This document shows positions 26,497 through 34,967 of a stretch of 64,000 bases of DNA, piece after piece. Both the position numbers and the translations under genes were made by a program. The stretch is taken from IMG/VR virus record IMGVR_UViG_3300029520_000002; one strand, written 5' to 3'. This DNA comes from a virus. Under the pieces are notes generated by a model. It did no database searches. It saw only the letters and a list, made by a program, of their open reading frames with translations, and was not told the DNA's origin. Position 1 is the first letter of the stretch. Each line of letters starts with the position of its first letter.

Positions 26497-27047
26497 CAAG
26501 GGAAGAATGGGCGGTACTGGTAAAGGCAATGAAAGCTGTGTACACTTCTCCATCATTTCTGCCAGATCAGAATGCTTTTGATACATGGTATGGACTTTTG
26601 AAAGACATAGATTACAAGCTTTTAAGTTTTGGCTTGAAGAAATATATGCAGACTGAATGGAAAGAACCTACAATAGCTGCATTACGGCAATGCGCGCAGA
26701 GCCTTCAGCCACAAAAAGAAGAGCTGAATGAAACGGAAGCATGGGAAAAGGTATGCAAGGCCATTCAAAATTCTACATATAATGCAGAAGCAGAGTTTGA
26801 TAAACTCCCAAAAATCATCCAGAAAGCAGTATCAAGCCCGGCACAGCTTAGAGAATGGGCGGTATCTGAAAATGTGGATGGTACATGGTGGAGTGTAGTT
26901 CAGTCCAACTTTCAAAGGACTTACCGGGCAGAAGTGCAAAGAGAACAAGAACGAAGAAAGCTAAGCCCAGACCTTTTGAAAATTATAGATTCTGCCAGAT
27001 TGGGAGGTGTGGAAAAATGCCAGATAGAAAACCATGGAGAGAATTAA
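26487..27047 (+). CDS. replicative helicase loader/inhibitor (G39P-like)
   Basis: MTREEWAVLVKAMKAVYTSPSFLPDQNAFDTWYGLLKDIDYKLL... and its position after the replisome organizer. Confidence 0.6.
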   Translation: MGMTREEWAVLVKAMKAVYTSPSFLPDQNAFDTWYGLLKDIDYKLLSFGLKKYMQTEWKEPTIAALRQCAQSLQPQKEELNETEAWEKVCKAIQNSTYNAEAEFDKLPKIIQKAVSSPAQLREWAVSENVDGTWWSVVQSNFQRTYRAEVQREQERRKLSPDLLKIIDSARLGGVEKCQIENHGEN

Positions 27048-27259
27048 AAAGCACTGAAATTATAGGCCTAAAGCGGAGACAATGCTCGAAATGCGACTAT
27101 TACAGCAAGAGTGAAAATGCATGGAGTACAAATGCAACCTGTGATTATATCTTGATCGAAGAGCATAGCAGAGGATGTGATCCGAGGGATTGTGTTAAAA
27201 ATGGTATCTTCAAAAAGAAAGCGAGAGGAAATTCAAGAGTAAAGCGAGTGATTCTATGA
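27017..27259 (+). CDS. Cys-rich hypothetical protein
   Basis: ATG after GGGAGGTG. 80 aa. Confidence 0.5.
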   Translation: MPDRKPWRELKSTEIIGLKRRQCSKCDYYSKSENAWSTNATCDYILIEEHSRGCDPRDCVKNGIFKKKARGNSRVKRVIL

Positions 27260-27468
27260 GAAAGATAAGCGAAATGTATAAGCGGTCTGGTGGTACAGCT
27301 TATCAGCATACCTGTTCAGATTGCAGATTCTTCCGTGGAAGCAAGCATCCGCAGTGCCTGCAATACGAACTGGAAATTGATTGGAATCCAGATTATATAG
27401 CTTGCAAATTTTACAATCTGGAAGAATCTCAGATTGATGGGCAACTCAATATCTTTGATTTGTTGTAA
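27256..27468 (+). CDS. Cys-rich hypothetical protein
   Basis: 70 aa, ATGA overlap. Confidence 0.5.
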   Translation: MRKISEMYKRSGGTAYQHTCSDCRFFRGSKHPQCLQYELEIDWNPDYIACKFYNLEESQIDGQLNIFDLL

Positions 27469-27596
27469 AACGTGATAATTGTGTATTTAAAATAGAACAG
27501 AATCATTCAAAATAGAATAATGGTAGAAATATAGGGCATACAAAAGATAAAGAAAAACAGCGTTTAAAATGAGATAATTATATGGAGGGACAATTA

Positions 27597-27704
27597 ATGG
27601 AAAAAGCTATATTGTATGCCATAAATGAAAGAATGTTCTCACTTGGTCTGATAGATGAGAAAACAAGGGACAAAATAAAAGCTGAAATTAGCATTAGAAA
27701 GTAA
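27597..27704 (+). CDS. small protein (35 aa) upstream of the recombinase
   Basis: ATG 6 nt after GGAGGG. Sequence is MEKAILYAINERMFSLGLIDEKTRDKIKAEISIRK. Confidence 0.35.
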   Translation: MEKAILYAINERMFSLGLIDEKTRDKIKAEISIRK

Positions 27705-27784
27705 CAAAATGTATTGAGTGGAGTTATGTGAAGTGTTATACTTTATATGATTCCACTCCCTGTATATTGAGGGAGAAATGCACT

Positions 27785-29497
27785 ATGAATATTTATTATG
27801 TCAGAGAAAAATTAAGGAGTTGTTCTATTTACGACATTGAACTGAATGTTGCTTATTACGCTAGGGTTTCTACGGAAAAAGTTGAACAGCAAGCATCCAT
27901 TAAACACCAGGAGGAACATTTCGAAGAACTGATACATTCTAACAACAGATGGAAGTTTGCAGGTTCTTACATTGATGATGGTATTTCCGGAATGCACGCA
28001 GATAAAAGAGAAGAATTTCAAAGAATGCTCAGAGATGCAAAGCTCGGAAAAATTGACATGATTATTACGAAAGAAATCTCAAGATTTGCACGAAATACTC
28101 TTGACAGCATCCAATATACCAGGGAATTGTTATCTTACGGCGTATGCGTGTGGTTCCAAAATGACGGAATCAATACCATTGATGAAGATAGTGAACTTAG
28201 GCTAACAATTATGGCTGGAGTAGCACAGGACGAAATCAGAAAATTATCTTCAAGAATAAAATTCGGCCATGCACAGTCAATTAAAAACGGTGTTGTACTT
28301 GGGCACAGAATGTATGGATACTCAAATCATCAAGGAAAACTTGAGCTAATCCCGGAAGAAGCAGATATGGTTCGAATGGTCTTTCGAGACTATGCTTCTG
28401 GAATGTCTACACCAAGAATCGAAAAAAAACTCTGGAATATGGGATATAGAAGTTTCAAAGGCGGTAAGATCAGTAGAGATGTCATAAAAAATATTATTCG
28501 GAATCCAAAATACAAAGGATACTATTGCGGAGGAAAAGTCAAGATCGTTGATATGTTCACAAAAAAGCAGGAATTTCTTCCACAGTCAGAATGGATAATG
28601 TTTAAGGATGATGGTTCCAGAGTACCGCAGATCATTGATGAAACTACCTGGGAAAAGGCAAACGCATATTTAAGAGAGCGTGGAGAAGCTATAAAATCAA
28701 GAAGAACCTCTTTTAAAAACGAAAATATTTTCACTGGAAAACTTTTCTGCGCAAATGACGGAGCTCCATACTGGATGAAGCAGCATTATATTCGAGGAAA
28801 AGAAGATGTTCGATGGGTATGCAGTTATAAGATAAAAAATGGAGCAGATTCATGTGATTCATTTGGACTGGCAGAATCAGAACTGAAAGAAGTAATCGCA
28901 GAATTAATAAATAAATCTTCTGAAAACATTGATAGCATTTTGGAGGAATATTTTGAAATTTTGCAGTCCTCGATCAAAAACATTCCAGACAATAAAAACG
29001 AAATCTCACGACTTGAAAAACAGATTGATCTGTTAAAACAAAAACGTGAAAAAATACTGGAATATAATCTGGATGGAAAAATATCTGATGATGAATTTAT
29101 TTCAAGAAATAAAGAATACGTGAAGCAGATAAAGCAGATTGAGAGCCATATTCTAGAAATCCAAAATACAAAAAGTCCAGAGCCAGTAGAAATACAATTA
29201 AGTGCTATTAAAGAACAGCTAGAAAAGTTTAAGGGCGTTAATCCAAAAGACATTAACAGGCAGATTGTCAATGAACTTTTTGAAAAAATTACCGTGGAAC
29301 CGTTGGCGGCTACATGTGCAACACTAACATTTCAATTGAGGTCTGGAAGCATTGAAAAATGGGGGTTTCCCTTGCGCCGTTCTGACGATATGATTTTAAC
29401 TCTACATTCAGAACAACACAAGATATTTAGTAGGAAAACTTGCATTAAGACACAAGATATGGTATTTTTCAAATATAAGTACCTTTTAGCACTATAA
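27785..29497 (+). CDS. large serine recombinase (integrase)
   Basis: Resolvase domain with YARVSTE. Recombinase domain (EEADMVRMVFRDYASGMSTPRIEKKLWNMGY). Cys cluster and coiled coil. SD GAGGGAGAA. Confidence 0.9.
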   Translation: MNIYYVREKLRSCSIYDIELNVAYYARVSTEKVEQQASIKHQEEHFEELIHSNNRWKFAGSYIDDGISGMHADKREEFQRMLRDAKLGKIDMIITKEISRFARNTLDSIQYTRELLSYGVCVWFQNDGINTIDEDSELRLTIMAGVAQDEIRKLSSRIKFGHAQSIKNGVVLGHRMYGYSNHQGKLELIPEEADMVRMVFRDYASGMSTPRIEKKLWNMGYRSFKGGKISRDVIKNIIRNPKYKGYYCGGKVKIVDMFTKKQEFLPQSEWIMFKDDGSRVPQIIDETTWEKANAYLRERGEAIKSRRTSFKNENIFTGKLFCANDGAPYWMKQHYIRGKEDVRWVCSYKIKNGADSCDSFGLAESELKEVIAELINKSSENIDSILEEYFEILQSSIKNIPDNKNEISRLEKQIDLLKQKREKILEYNLDGKISDDEFISRNKEYVKQIKQIESHILEIQNTKSPEPVEIQLSAIKEQLEKFKGVNPKDINRQIVNELFEKITVEPLAATCATLTFQLRSGSIEKWGFPLRRSDDMILTLHSEQHKIFSRKTCIKTQDMVFFKYKYLLAL

Positions 29498-29505
29498 GAG
29501 AAAAA

Positions 29506-30186
29506 ATGGGAGTGGAATCAATGATACATACAGCTTATGACGTAATGAAAGAGTTTTTAATCACGGATGCAGACCTCGATGGCAAGTACGGAATTCCGAA
29601 AATTCCAAAGACTTTTATCCATCCAGGGAAAGATACTGTAGACTTTGCGGAGAGTTTCAGTAGAAAGATAAAGAACCACCGGGAACTGGATGTAAATTTC
29701 TATGTGGACGATGTACAGTTTCAAAGATTATGGAATCAGCCAGACAAGTATATAGAGCATTTAAAATGTTTTCACGCAGTCATTATGCCGGATTTTAGCA
29801 TATCAGTTGGCAAGAATGGAATGCCGCTGGTAATGTGCCTGTGGAATAAATACCGCAATCATGCGTTGGCACATTATATGATCTTGAATGATATTCCAGT
29901 AATTCCGAACGTAAACATATTACCAGAATACTGTTGGGATTGGTGTTTTGATGGACTGCCGGAGGGAAGCACAGTTGCCTGTTGCACCAATGGAAGAGTA
30001 AAGAGCAAGGCAGCACGGTTGGAGTTTTGCGTTGGTTTCAAGGAAATGGAGCGCAGATTGAAGCCACTGCGAGTTATCATTGTTGGAAGAATCCCGGAAG
30101 AGCTGGAAACAGACACAGAAATTATAAACTTTGAAACCAGGAATCAGAAGATTAACAAGGAGGGCGTGAATGGGAACAACGACTGA
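29506..30186 (+). CDS. DUF4417-like protein
   Basis: VNFYVDDVQFQRLWNQPDKYIEHLKCFHAVIMPDFSI...WNKYRNHALAHYMILNDIPVIPNV... matches my recollection of DUF4417. Alternative start at 29521. Confidence 0.6.
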   Translation: MGVESMIHTAYDVMKEFLITDADLDGKYGIPKIPKTFIHPGKDTVDFAESFSRKIKNHRELDVNFYVDDVQFQRLWNQPDKYIEHLKCFHAVIMPDFSISVGKNGMPLVMCLWNKYRNHALAHYMILNDIPVIPNVNILPEYCWDWCFDGLPEGSTVACCTNGRVKSKAARLEFCVGFKEMERRLKPLRVIIVGRIPEELETDTEIINFETRNQKINKEGVNGNND

Positions 30187-30304
30187 TAATTACCAGAGAA
30201 AGAAGAAACTTTCCAAGTCCCAAATGAAGCGGACTGAACGATTAGAGAAATCATCCCACAGAAGATATGGAACACGGAAGAAAGAAGGATTAAATAAATT
30301 GTGA
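30170..30304 (+). CDS. small basic protein (44 aa)
   Basis: ATG 5 nt after AAGGAGGG. K/R-rich. Confidence 0.35.
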   Translation: MGTTTDNYQRKKKLSKSQMKRTERLEKSSHRRYGTRKKEGLNKL

Positions 30305-30362
30305 ATATTGAATCATTTAAAACTTTACGCTATAGAAATATTTGTGCAAAATTAAAATTTAA

Positions 30363-30407
30363 GTGGTAACTAGAAAATGCAAGATTTTTTCTGGTTGCCA
30401 CTTTTTT
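30363..30407 (+). terminator. intrinsic terminator ending the + strand early/integrase unit
   Basis: GTGGTAACTAG pairs with CTGGTTGCCAC (includes G-U pairs), followed by T6. Confidence 0.6.
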
Positions 30408-30409
30408 CT

Positions 30410-31134
30410 GGATTTCCTTGATTTTTGGCTGCCAAAATGATGTTTGAATTTGGATATCATTCACAAGTTAGTTGCAACTATTGAAGCCTTGAACAGCTGC
30501 GGTTATTTATTACCACAAATCAACCAGGGACAGCGCCTGGAGCCGATACCACGCCGAACCGATGAAGCCGGGAAACTGCCAGGAACGATTGAACACCAAC
30601 GAAGTCAACCGCCAGCCGTAGCTCTGGCAGATCAGAACCAATAGCCCACGGATAATAGGCCATAGCAACAAGTAACATACAACACGACGTTAAAATACAA
30701 TAATACTCTTGCAAAATAAGCCTTAAATGGCTTGTAACGTATTTAGCCTATATTTTATTGGCTACGATTATAAAACGCCTTAAAATGGCAAATACAGCGT
30801 TATACAAGCATATCACAATATAGTTGTATAGCCCTAATTGATATATAGCCCGGACAACCTACGCACATAAGCGGACAAAATGCACCAATTTACACGGTAC
30901 ACAAATAAAGCATAGCCGAACATAGCTATACAAGGCTATTATACACCCATAGCCGCAGACAGTCAATAAATCATGCAACACACTATAAAGCGTTTTAAAG
31001 GCTCATAAACGGCTTATAATGCAAACGTGGAATAAATCACCATTAACAGCATAAAAAAACGATTTACGGATAAAATAGCTCGTTAATTGATTGACTTATT
31101 ATATTAACTTTGCAAGGTGTATCTGGCAGAATGC
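30410..31134. other. ORF-free, strand-asymmetric (A+C-rich top strand), iteron-bearing region
   Basis: No credible ORF. Hand counts for 30841-30900 and 30901-30960 give A 23/25, C 17/16, G 10/9, T 10/10. ATAGCC(C/G) occurs five times in one orientation. GCCTTAAA(A)TGGC mini-hairpins are present. Confidence 0.6.
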
Positions 31135-31190
31135 CAAAAAACCGCTTGCACGCCGTGAACGTGCCGCCGGTCTAGAAACCGGGAAGCGGT
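31135..31190 (-). terminator. intrinsic terminator of the minus-strand operon
   Basis: In minus sense, ACCGCTT...AAGCGGT encloses two inner hairpins and is followed by T6. Confidence 0.65.
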
Positions 31191-31196
31191 AAAAAA

Positions 31197-31346
31197 TCAA
31201 TCAGTTATACCTAAATATTCCATAGTTTTTTTATCAATCTCTTTCCCAGTAATAGTCGGGGAATAAATACTTTCTAAAAATTCTATGTAATTGTCTAGCT
31301 CATCAACAGAAAGTGTTATTAATTTATTAAATATTTTATCACTCAT
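31197..31346 (-). CDS. small hypothetical protein (49 aa)
   Basis: MSDKIFNKLITLSVDELDNYIEFLESIYSPTITGKEIDKKTMEYLGITD. Last gene of the minus-strand operon. Confidence 0.4.
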   Translation of the reverse strand: MSDKIFNKLITLSVDELDNYIEFLESIYSPTITGKEIDKKTMEYLGITD

Positions 31347-31402
31347 GTTTTTATCTTTCTTCCCTTCACCCTGGGAACCAGGATATAAAAAGACGCGCCC
31401 TA

Positions 31403-31780
31403 TTATTTAAAAGTCATTTTTGTAACAGCTGGAAGACTGCGGAAAAATTCCCGGCGGTCGTAATCATCATTAATTCTAAATTGTTGGTCGCTTGTGGGGA
31501 TGATCTCGCCCTCGATAAGCTCCATACAGGAGAGCTGTAAACAGTCTGCATTTTTTGTTGATCTGTGCAGCGCATATCGCATCACAGACTTTTTACCATC
31601 CCGACGCTTTACCGGGGACATATCCCAATAAGCCAATTTAATAGCTCCATCGGAAACAGCCTTGAAGATTTCCATTGCTTCCTTTTCAGCTTTTCTGTTG
31701 ATTGTATCAACTGTGGAGAAATCGCCGCTTTTTATGGCGGCGATTGTCTGTGCTTGTGTTGCTTTCTTGATTGTTACCAT
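31403..31780 (-). CDS. hypothetical protein
   Basis: 125-aa ORF with an SD (GGAGGTG on the minus strand) upstream. Confidence 0.65.
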   Translation of the reverse strand: MVTIKKATQAQTIAAIKSGDFSTVDTINRKAEKEAMEIFKAVSDGAIKLAYWDMSPVKRRDGKKSVMRYALHRSTKNADCLQLSCMELIEGEIIPTSDQQFRINDDYDRREFFRSLPAVTKMTFK

Positions 31781-31791
31781 TTACGCACCTC

Positions 31792-32070
31792 CTACAGATC
31801 TTTCTTTCTCTTAACGTCAATGACTTCATAATCGTTTTCAGAAAGATCCTTTAACATTCTCAATGCTTCCATGGTATTCTCTGGAATATCATAACCATTT
31901 TCACGAAGGAGATCAGCGGCGGTAACAAGATACTGATTTCCATAGCCATACTGAATACTACTTTTTAAAATATGGCCATTTACGACAATCGTTACTGTGT
32001 GATAAGTATTTCCATATAATTTTTGAAACCATCTGCGGCCTCTAATTACTAATGTTTCGATTTTTTTCAT
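31792..32070 (-). CDS. hypothetical protein (RRWF...GNTYH...YGYG motif)
   Basis: 92 aa. SD AAAGGTGAAAAA on the minus strand. First gene downstream of a strong consensus promoter. Confidence 0.65.
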   Translation of the reverse strand: MKKIETLVIRGRRWFQKLYGNTYHTVTIVVNGHILKSSIQYGYGNQYLVTAADLLRENGYDIPENTMEALRMLKDLSENDYEVIDVKRKKDL

Positions 32071-32126
32071 TGTTTTTCACCTTTACCCCTGTTATAATGG
32101 GGTTGCCTTTCTTTTTTTAGTTTGGT

Positions 32127-32162
32127 GCCCGGTTTGGTTTGGAAGATCGCCGGGCTTTTTTT
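32127..32162 (+). terminator. intrinsic terminator (+ sense) upstream of the switch
   Basis: GCCCGG (32127-32132) pairs with CCGGGC (32150-32155), followed by T7. Would block + strand read-through that is antisense to the minus operon. Confidence 0.6.
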
Positions 32163-32191
32163 ATTTTGTTGTAATGTTTCTTTCTAGTATT

Positions 32192-32220
32192 ATAATAACA
32201 CTATATAGTAATACTGTCAA
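32192..32220 (-). promoter_or_regulatory. sigma-A-type promoter of the minus operon with embedded operator
   Basis: In minus sense: TTGACA (32220-32215), 17-nt spacer, TATTAT (32197-32192). The spacer contains the operator-like AACACTATATAGT. Confidence 0.6.
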
Positions 32221-32242
32221 GCACTATTATATTATTTCTTAA

Positions 32243-32272
32243 TTGACTTTTGATACTTTTTAGTGTTATCCT
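32243..32272 (+). promoter_or_regulatory. promoter of the XRE-like gene with embedded operator
   Basis: TTGACT (32243-32248), 18-nt spacer, extended -10 TGtTATCCT. The spacer contains ATACTTTTTAGTGTT (operator copy, 32253-32267). Confidence 0.5.
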
Positions 32273-32291
32273 GTTTCCAGGAGGTGAAAAA

Positions 32292-32495
32292 ATGGACGGT
32301 ACAAAAATCATTAAAAAATTACTTTTGGAAAAAGATATAAACACTGTAGAGCTTGCGAAGCGTTTAGGCTGCGGAACCGCTAACCTTTACAACAAGTACA
32401 AAAGAAACAACTTTTCTTTAAATGAACTTGAAGAGATCGCCGCCGCTGTTGGCTGTAATCTGGAAATAACTTTTTCCGATAAACAAGGGAACTAG
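32292..32495 (+). CDS. XRE-family HTH regulator (Cro-like size)
   Basis: INTVELAKRLGCGTANLYNKYKRNNFSLNELEEIAAAVGCNL. SD AGGAGGTG. Confidence 0.75.
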   Translation: MDGTKIIKKLLLEKDINTVELAKRLGCGTANLYNKYKRNNFSLNELEEIAAAVGCNLEITFSDKQGN

Positions 32496-32601
32496 AGTTT
32501 TTCAATTAATCAGTCCGTTTCCTTATGTCCTCATTGGCTTGAGTGGTTCGGGCGGTTCCGGTTGTTTGTTTCTTGTGTTCCTTTGTTGATGGTTATATAT
32601 T

Positions 32602-32641
32602 AACACTAAAATTAGTGCATGTCAACACTAAAAAGAGTGTT
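32602..32641. promoter_or_regulatory. two adjacent operator palindromes
   Basis: AACACTAAAATTAGTGCA (32602-32619) and AACACTAAAAAGAGTGTT (32624-32641). Confidence 0.65.
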
Positions 32642-32658
32642 TTTTAAAATATTTTATA

Positions 32659-32687
32659 TTGCTTTTTGATGTTAATTCAATTATAAT
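32659..32687 (+). promoter_or_regulatory. promoter of the second HTH gene
   Basis: TTGCTT, 17-nt spacer, TATAAT. Confidence 0.55.
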
Positions 32688-32716
32688 TATTTCATAAATA
32701 GTAGGGAGGGTTTGAA

Positions 32717-32944
32717 ATGTTTAAATATAAAATAGATGTAATGAAATCATTATCAGATCGTGGCTTTACGTCTACCAGAATGAGAAAAGAAAAGATATTA
32801 AGTGAAGCCACAATGCAAAATTTGAGAAAAGGCAAAGGGATTACAACAGAGACGCTAAATACAATATGCGTTATATTAAGATGCCAACCGTCTGACGTTC
32901 TGGAGATAATACCGACAGATGATGAAAAAATAAAATATTTTTAA
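32717..32944 (+). CDS. HTH DNA-binding protein
   Basis: ILSEATMQNLRKGKGITTETLNTICVILRCQPSDVLEII fits the short Cro/C1-type HTH proteins of Clostridia. Confidence 0.7.
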   Translation: MFKYKIDVMKSLSDRGFTSTRMRKEKILSEATMQNLRKGKGITTETLNTICVILRCQPSDVLEIIPTDDEKIKYF

Positions 32945-32988
32945 ACACTAAAAATAGTGTTTACATATATATAAAAATGTGCTATACT
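32944..32988 (+). promoter_or_regulatory. perfect operator palindrome overlapping a promoter
   Basis: AACACTAAAAATAGTGTT (32944-32961) overlaps the -35 TTTACA (32960-32965). A 17-nt spacer leads to the -10 TATACT (32983-32988). Confidence 0.6.
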
Positions 32989-33111
32989 GTAACCATAGAA
33001 AGGAAGTGGTTACAGAATGAAAAAACATATTATCGAGGTACCAGATATTGAAGCGGTTGGAGTTTATGCAATTCATAATAAGAAAAATGATAAGTATTAT
33101 ATAGGCTCTAG

Positions 33112-33988
33112 AGTGTGTTTGAAAAATAAAAGTTGCACAAAACATATATTCGTTTACCCTTTTTCATGTTAAAATAAAGAAAAAGGGGTGTTGATTATGT
33201 TGCGCCGATACGAATTAACCGATGATGAATGGAATCGTGTTGCTCCCTTACTGCCACCTGAAAATTCTGGAAAGCAAGGTCGTCCTTCAAAATGTAATCG
33301 GACAATTCTAAATGGAATTGTTTGGATTGCTCGCAGTGGGGCTCCCTGGCGGGACCTCCCAGAACGTTATGGGGCCTGGCAAACGGTTTATTCCCGTTTT
33401 CGTAAATGGATTGAAGATGGCATCCTTGATAATATTTTTCGTGTCTTGAGCTTAGAAGCTGAATTAACGGAACTATCAATTGATGCCTCTATCGTCCAGG
33501 CTCATCAGCATAGTGCTGGAGCAAAAAAAGGGGGCCATCAAACGAAATTGGACACAGCCGTGGAGGAGCCAGCACAAAAATCCATGCAGTTGTAGATGCA
33601 TACGGTTATCCGGTTTATTTTATGATCAGCGAAGGGCAGCGTAACGATATTAATTACGCAATCCCTTTGTTAGATCATGTCGACACAAACGGAAGCAATG
33701 TATTAGCTGACCGTGGATACGATAGCAACAAGCTGATTGACTATATTTATACCCACGGTGGAGAGCCAACAATTCCTTCTAGAAAAGGAGCTAAGTTTGA
33801 TCGTTATTGCGATTGGTGACTTTACAAAGAGAGACATTTAGTAGAAAACTATTTTCTCAAATTGAAAGCGTTCCGTCGAATAGCTACGCGTTACGATAAA
33901 CTGGCTTCAACCTTCTTAGGAATTATATGCATTGCCTCAATATTAATTTGGTTAAAATGAACAACTTAGAATGTTTTTCAAACACGCT
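33112..33988 (+). mobile_element. IS5-family insertion sequence (877 bp)
   Basis: Terminal inverted repeats AGTGTGTTTGAAAAAT and AGCGTGTTTGAAAAAC (reverse complement), 15/17 matches. Flanked by a 4-bp direct repeat CTAG (33108-33111 and 33989-33992). Confidence 0.85.
33197..33960 (+). CDS. IS5-family transposase (orfA/orfB -1 frameshift; internal TGA)
   Basis: orfA is MLRRYELTDDEWNRVAPLLPP...SGAPWRDLPERYG. The slippery site is A AAA AAA G at 33523-33530. orfB reads ...RGGASTKIHAVVDAYGYP...LADRGYDS...RIATRYDKLA. An in-frame TGA at 33817-33819 precedes LYKERHLVENYF. Confidence 0.75.
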
Positions 33989-34485
33989 CTAGTGTGAATG
34001 TTAAAACCAGATTAAAAACACATCAGCGAAACATGGAAAAGCTGCAAGGCTCAAATTTAAAAATTGATGAAGACTTGAAAACATTTGAAGACTTGAAAAA
34101 TTTTGAATTTATAGTTCTTAAAACTTTTCCAGATTTTACAATAACAGATTATGATCTGAGAGAAGCAGAAGAAGGATTTATAAAAAAATATAATGCTTAT
34201 CATGGTTATAATAACGCATTTTGCAAGCCTGTTTCGACTGGCTTTTATGGTAAAAACGAATTGCTGAAGTGCAAGAAGGCAAGAGCAAAAAGTTATAAAA
34301 AGTTAGAATTTTCAGATATTGAAAAAATGACAGATTATGAAATTGTAAATACTTTGATAATAGCGTGCGAAAAGCCAGAAGAATATAGAACATTAATATC
34401 TATGCTAAAATATCAAATACTGCATAGAATGGACAGTTAAAGAAAACCACGCAGCCCTAGGAGGGCAGATCAGGAGGAAAAGAAC

Positions 34486-34773
34486 ATGGAAATTAAAATT
34501 TATTGCAATTACGGAGTCTTAGGAGCGGAGAAAAGGAAGAAATACACTTTTGGAGCACCACATGCAACGGCTGATTGCTGGGAAGAAATGACAGTAGAAA
34601 CACCAGAAGGATGGGAGCCTTTTAAAAACGATATGGGCAAGTTAATGGTAAAAGCTCCATGGGGTTGGGACTACGAAATAAACGAAGTTTTACAGGGTGA
34701 CGAAAATCCTTGTTTTTATGCCTTAGACAAGAATATGGACGGGCATCGAAAATATTTGAAAATCATAGGGTAA
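34486..34773 (+). CDS. hypothetical protein
   Basis: 95 aa with SD AGGAGGAAAA. Confidence 0.6.
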   Translation: MEIKIYCNYGVLGAEKRKKYTFGAPHATADCWEEMTVETPEGWEPFKNDMGKLMVKAPWGWDYEINEVLQGDENPCFYALDKNMDGHRKYLKIIG

Positions 34774-34936
34774 CTTATAATTAAACTTTTAGGAGGATAA
34801 AAAATATATAGGCGAAACAGAAGCGTTATATTATCAATCTCAAACGGAAATTCCAAATATATTAGGCTGGCTAAATGGAACGCCGCGAAATGAAAAAGTA
34901 TGGGATAAATGGGAAAGTTTAACAAGGCAAATAAAT

Positions 34937-34967
34937 AAAGCCCTAGGAAATTAATCCCGGGGCTTTT
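34937..34967 (+). terminator. putative intrinsic terminator
   Basis: AAAGCCC pairs with GGGGCTTT, followed by a T-run. Confidence 0.5.

Larger units (their letters stand above)
33017..34440 (+). pseudogene. GIY-YIG nuclease gene interrupted by an IS element
   Basis: The 5' part encodes MKKHIIEVPDIEAVGVYAIHNKKNDKYYIGS. The 3' part encodes (S)VNVKTRLKTHQRNMEKL...GFIKKYNAYHGYNN. Removing the IS and one CTAG copy restores ...YYIGSSVNVKTRL.... Confidence 0.8.

Noticed and set aside
30444-30714. ORFs 30444-30644 (+) and 30520-30714 (-) in the A+C-skewed region.
   Set aside because: They have no SD, are mutually overlapping, have odd composition, and lie between convergent terminators. The region is treated as non-coding.
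33817-33819. In-frame TGA in the IS transposase as a hint of stop-codon recoding (TGA read as Trp or Gly).
   Set aside because: All long phage ORFs are intact under the standard code. The phage tRNA-Trp has anticodon CCA, not UCA, and no suppressor-type anticodon was found. A nonsense mutation in a dead IS is simpler.
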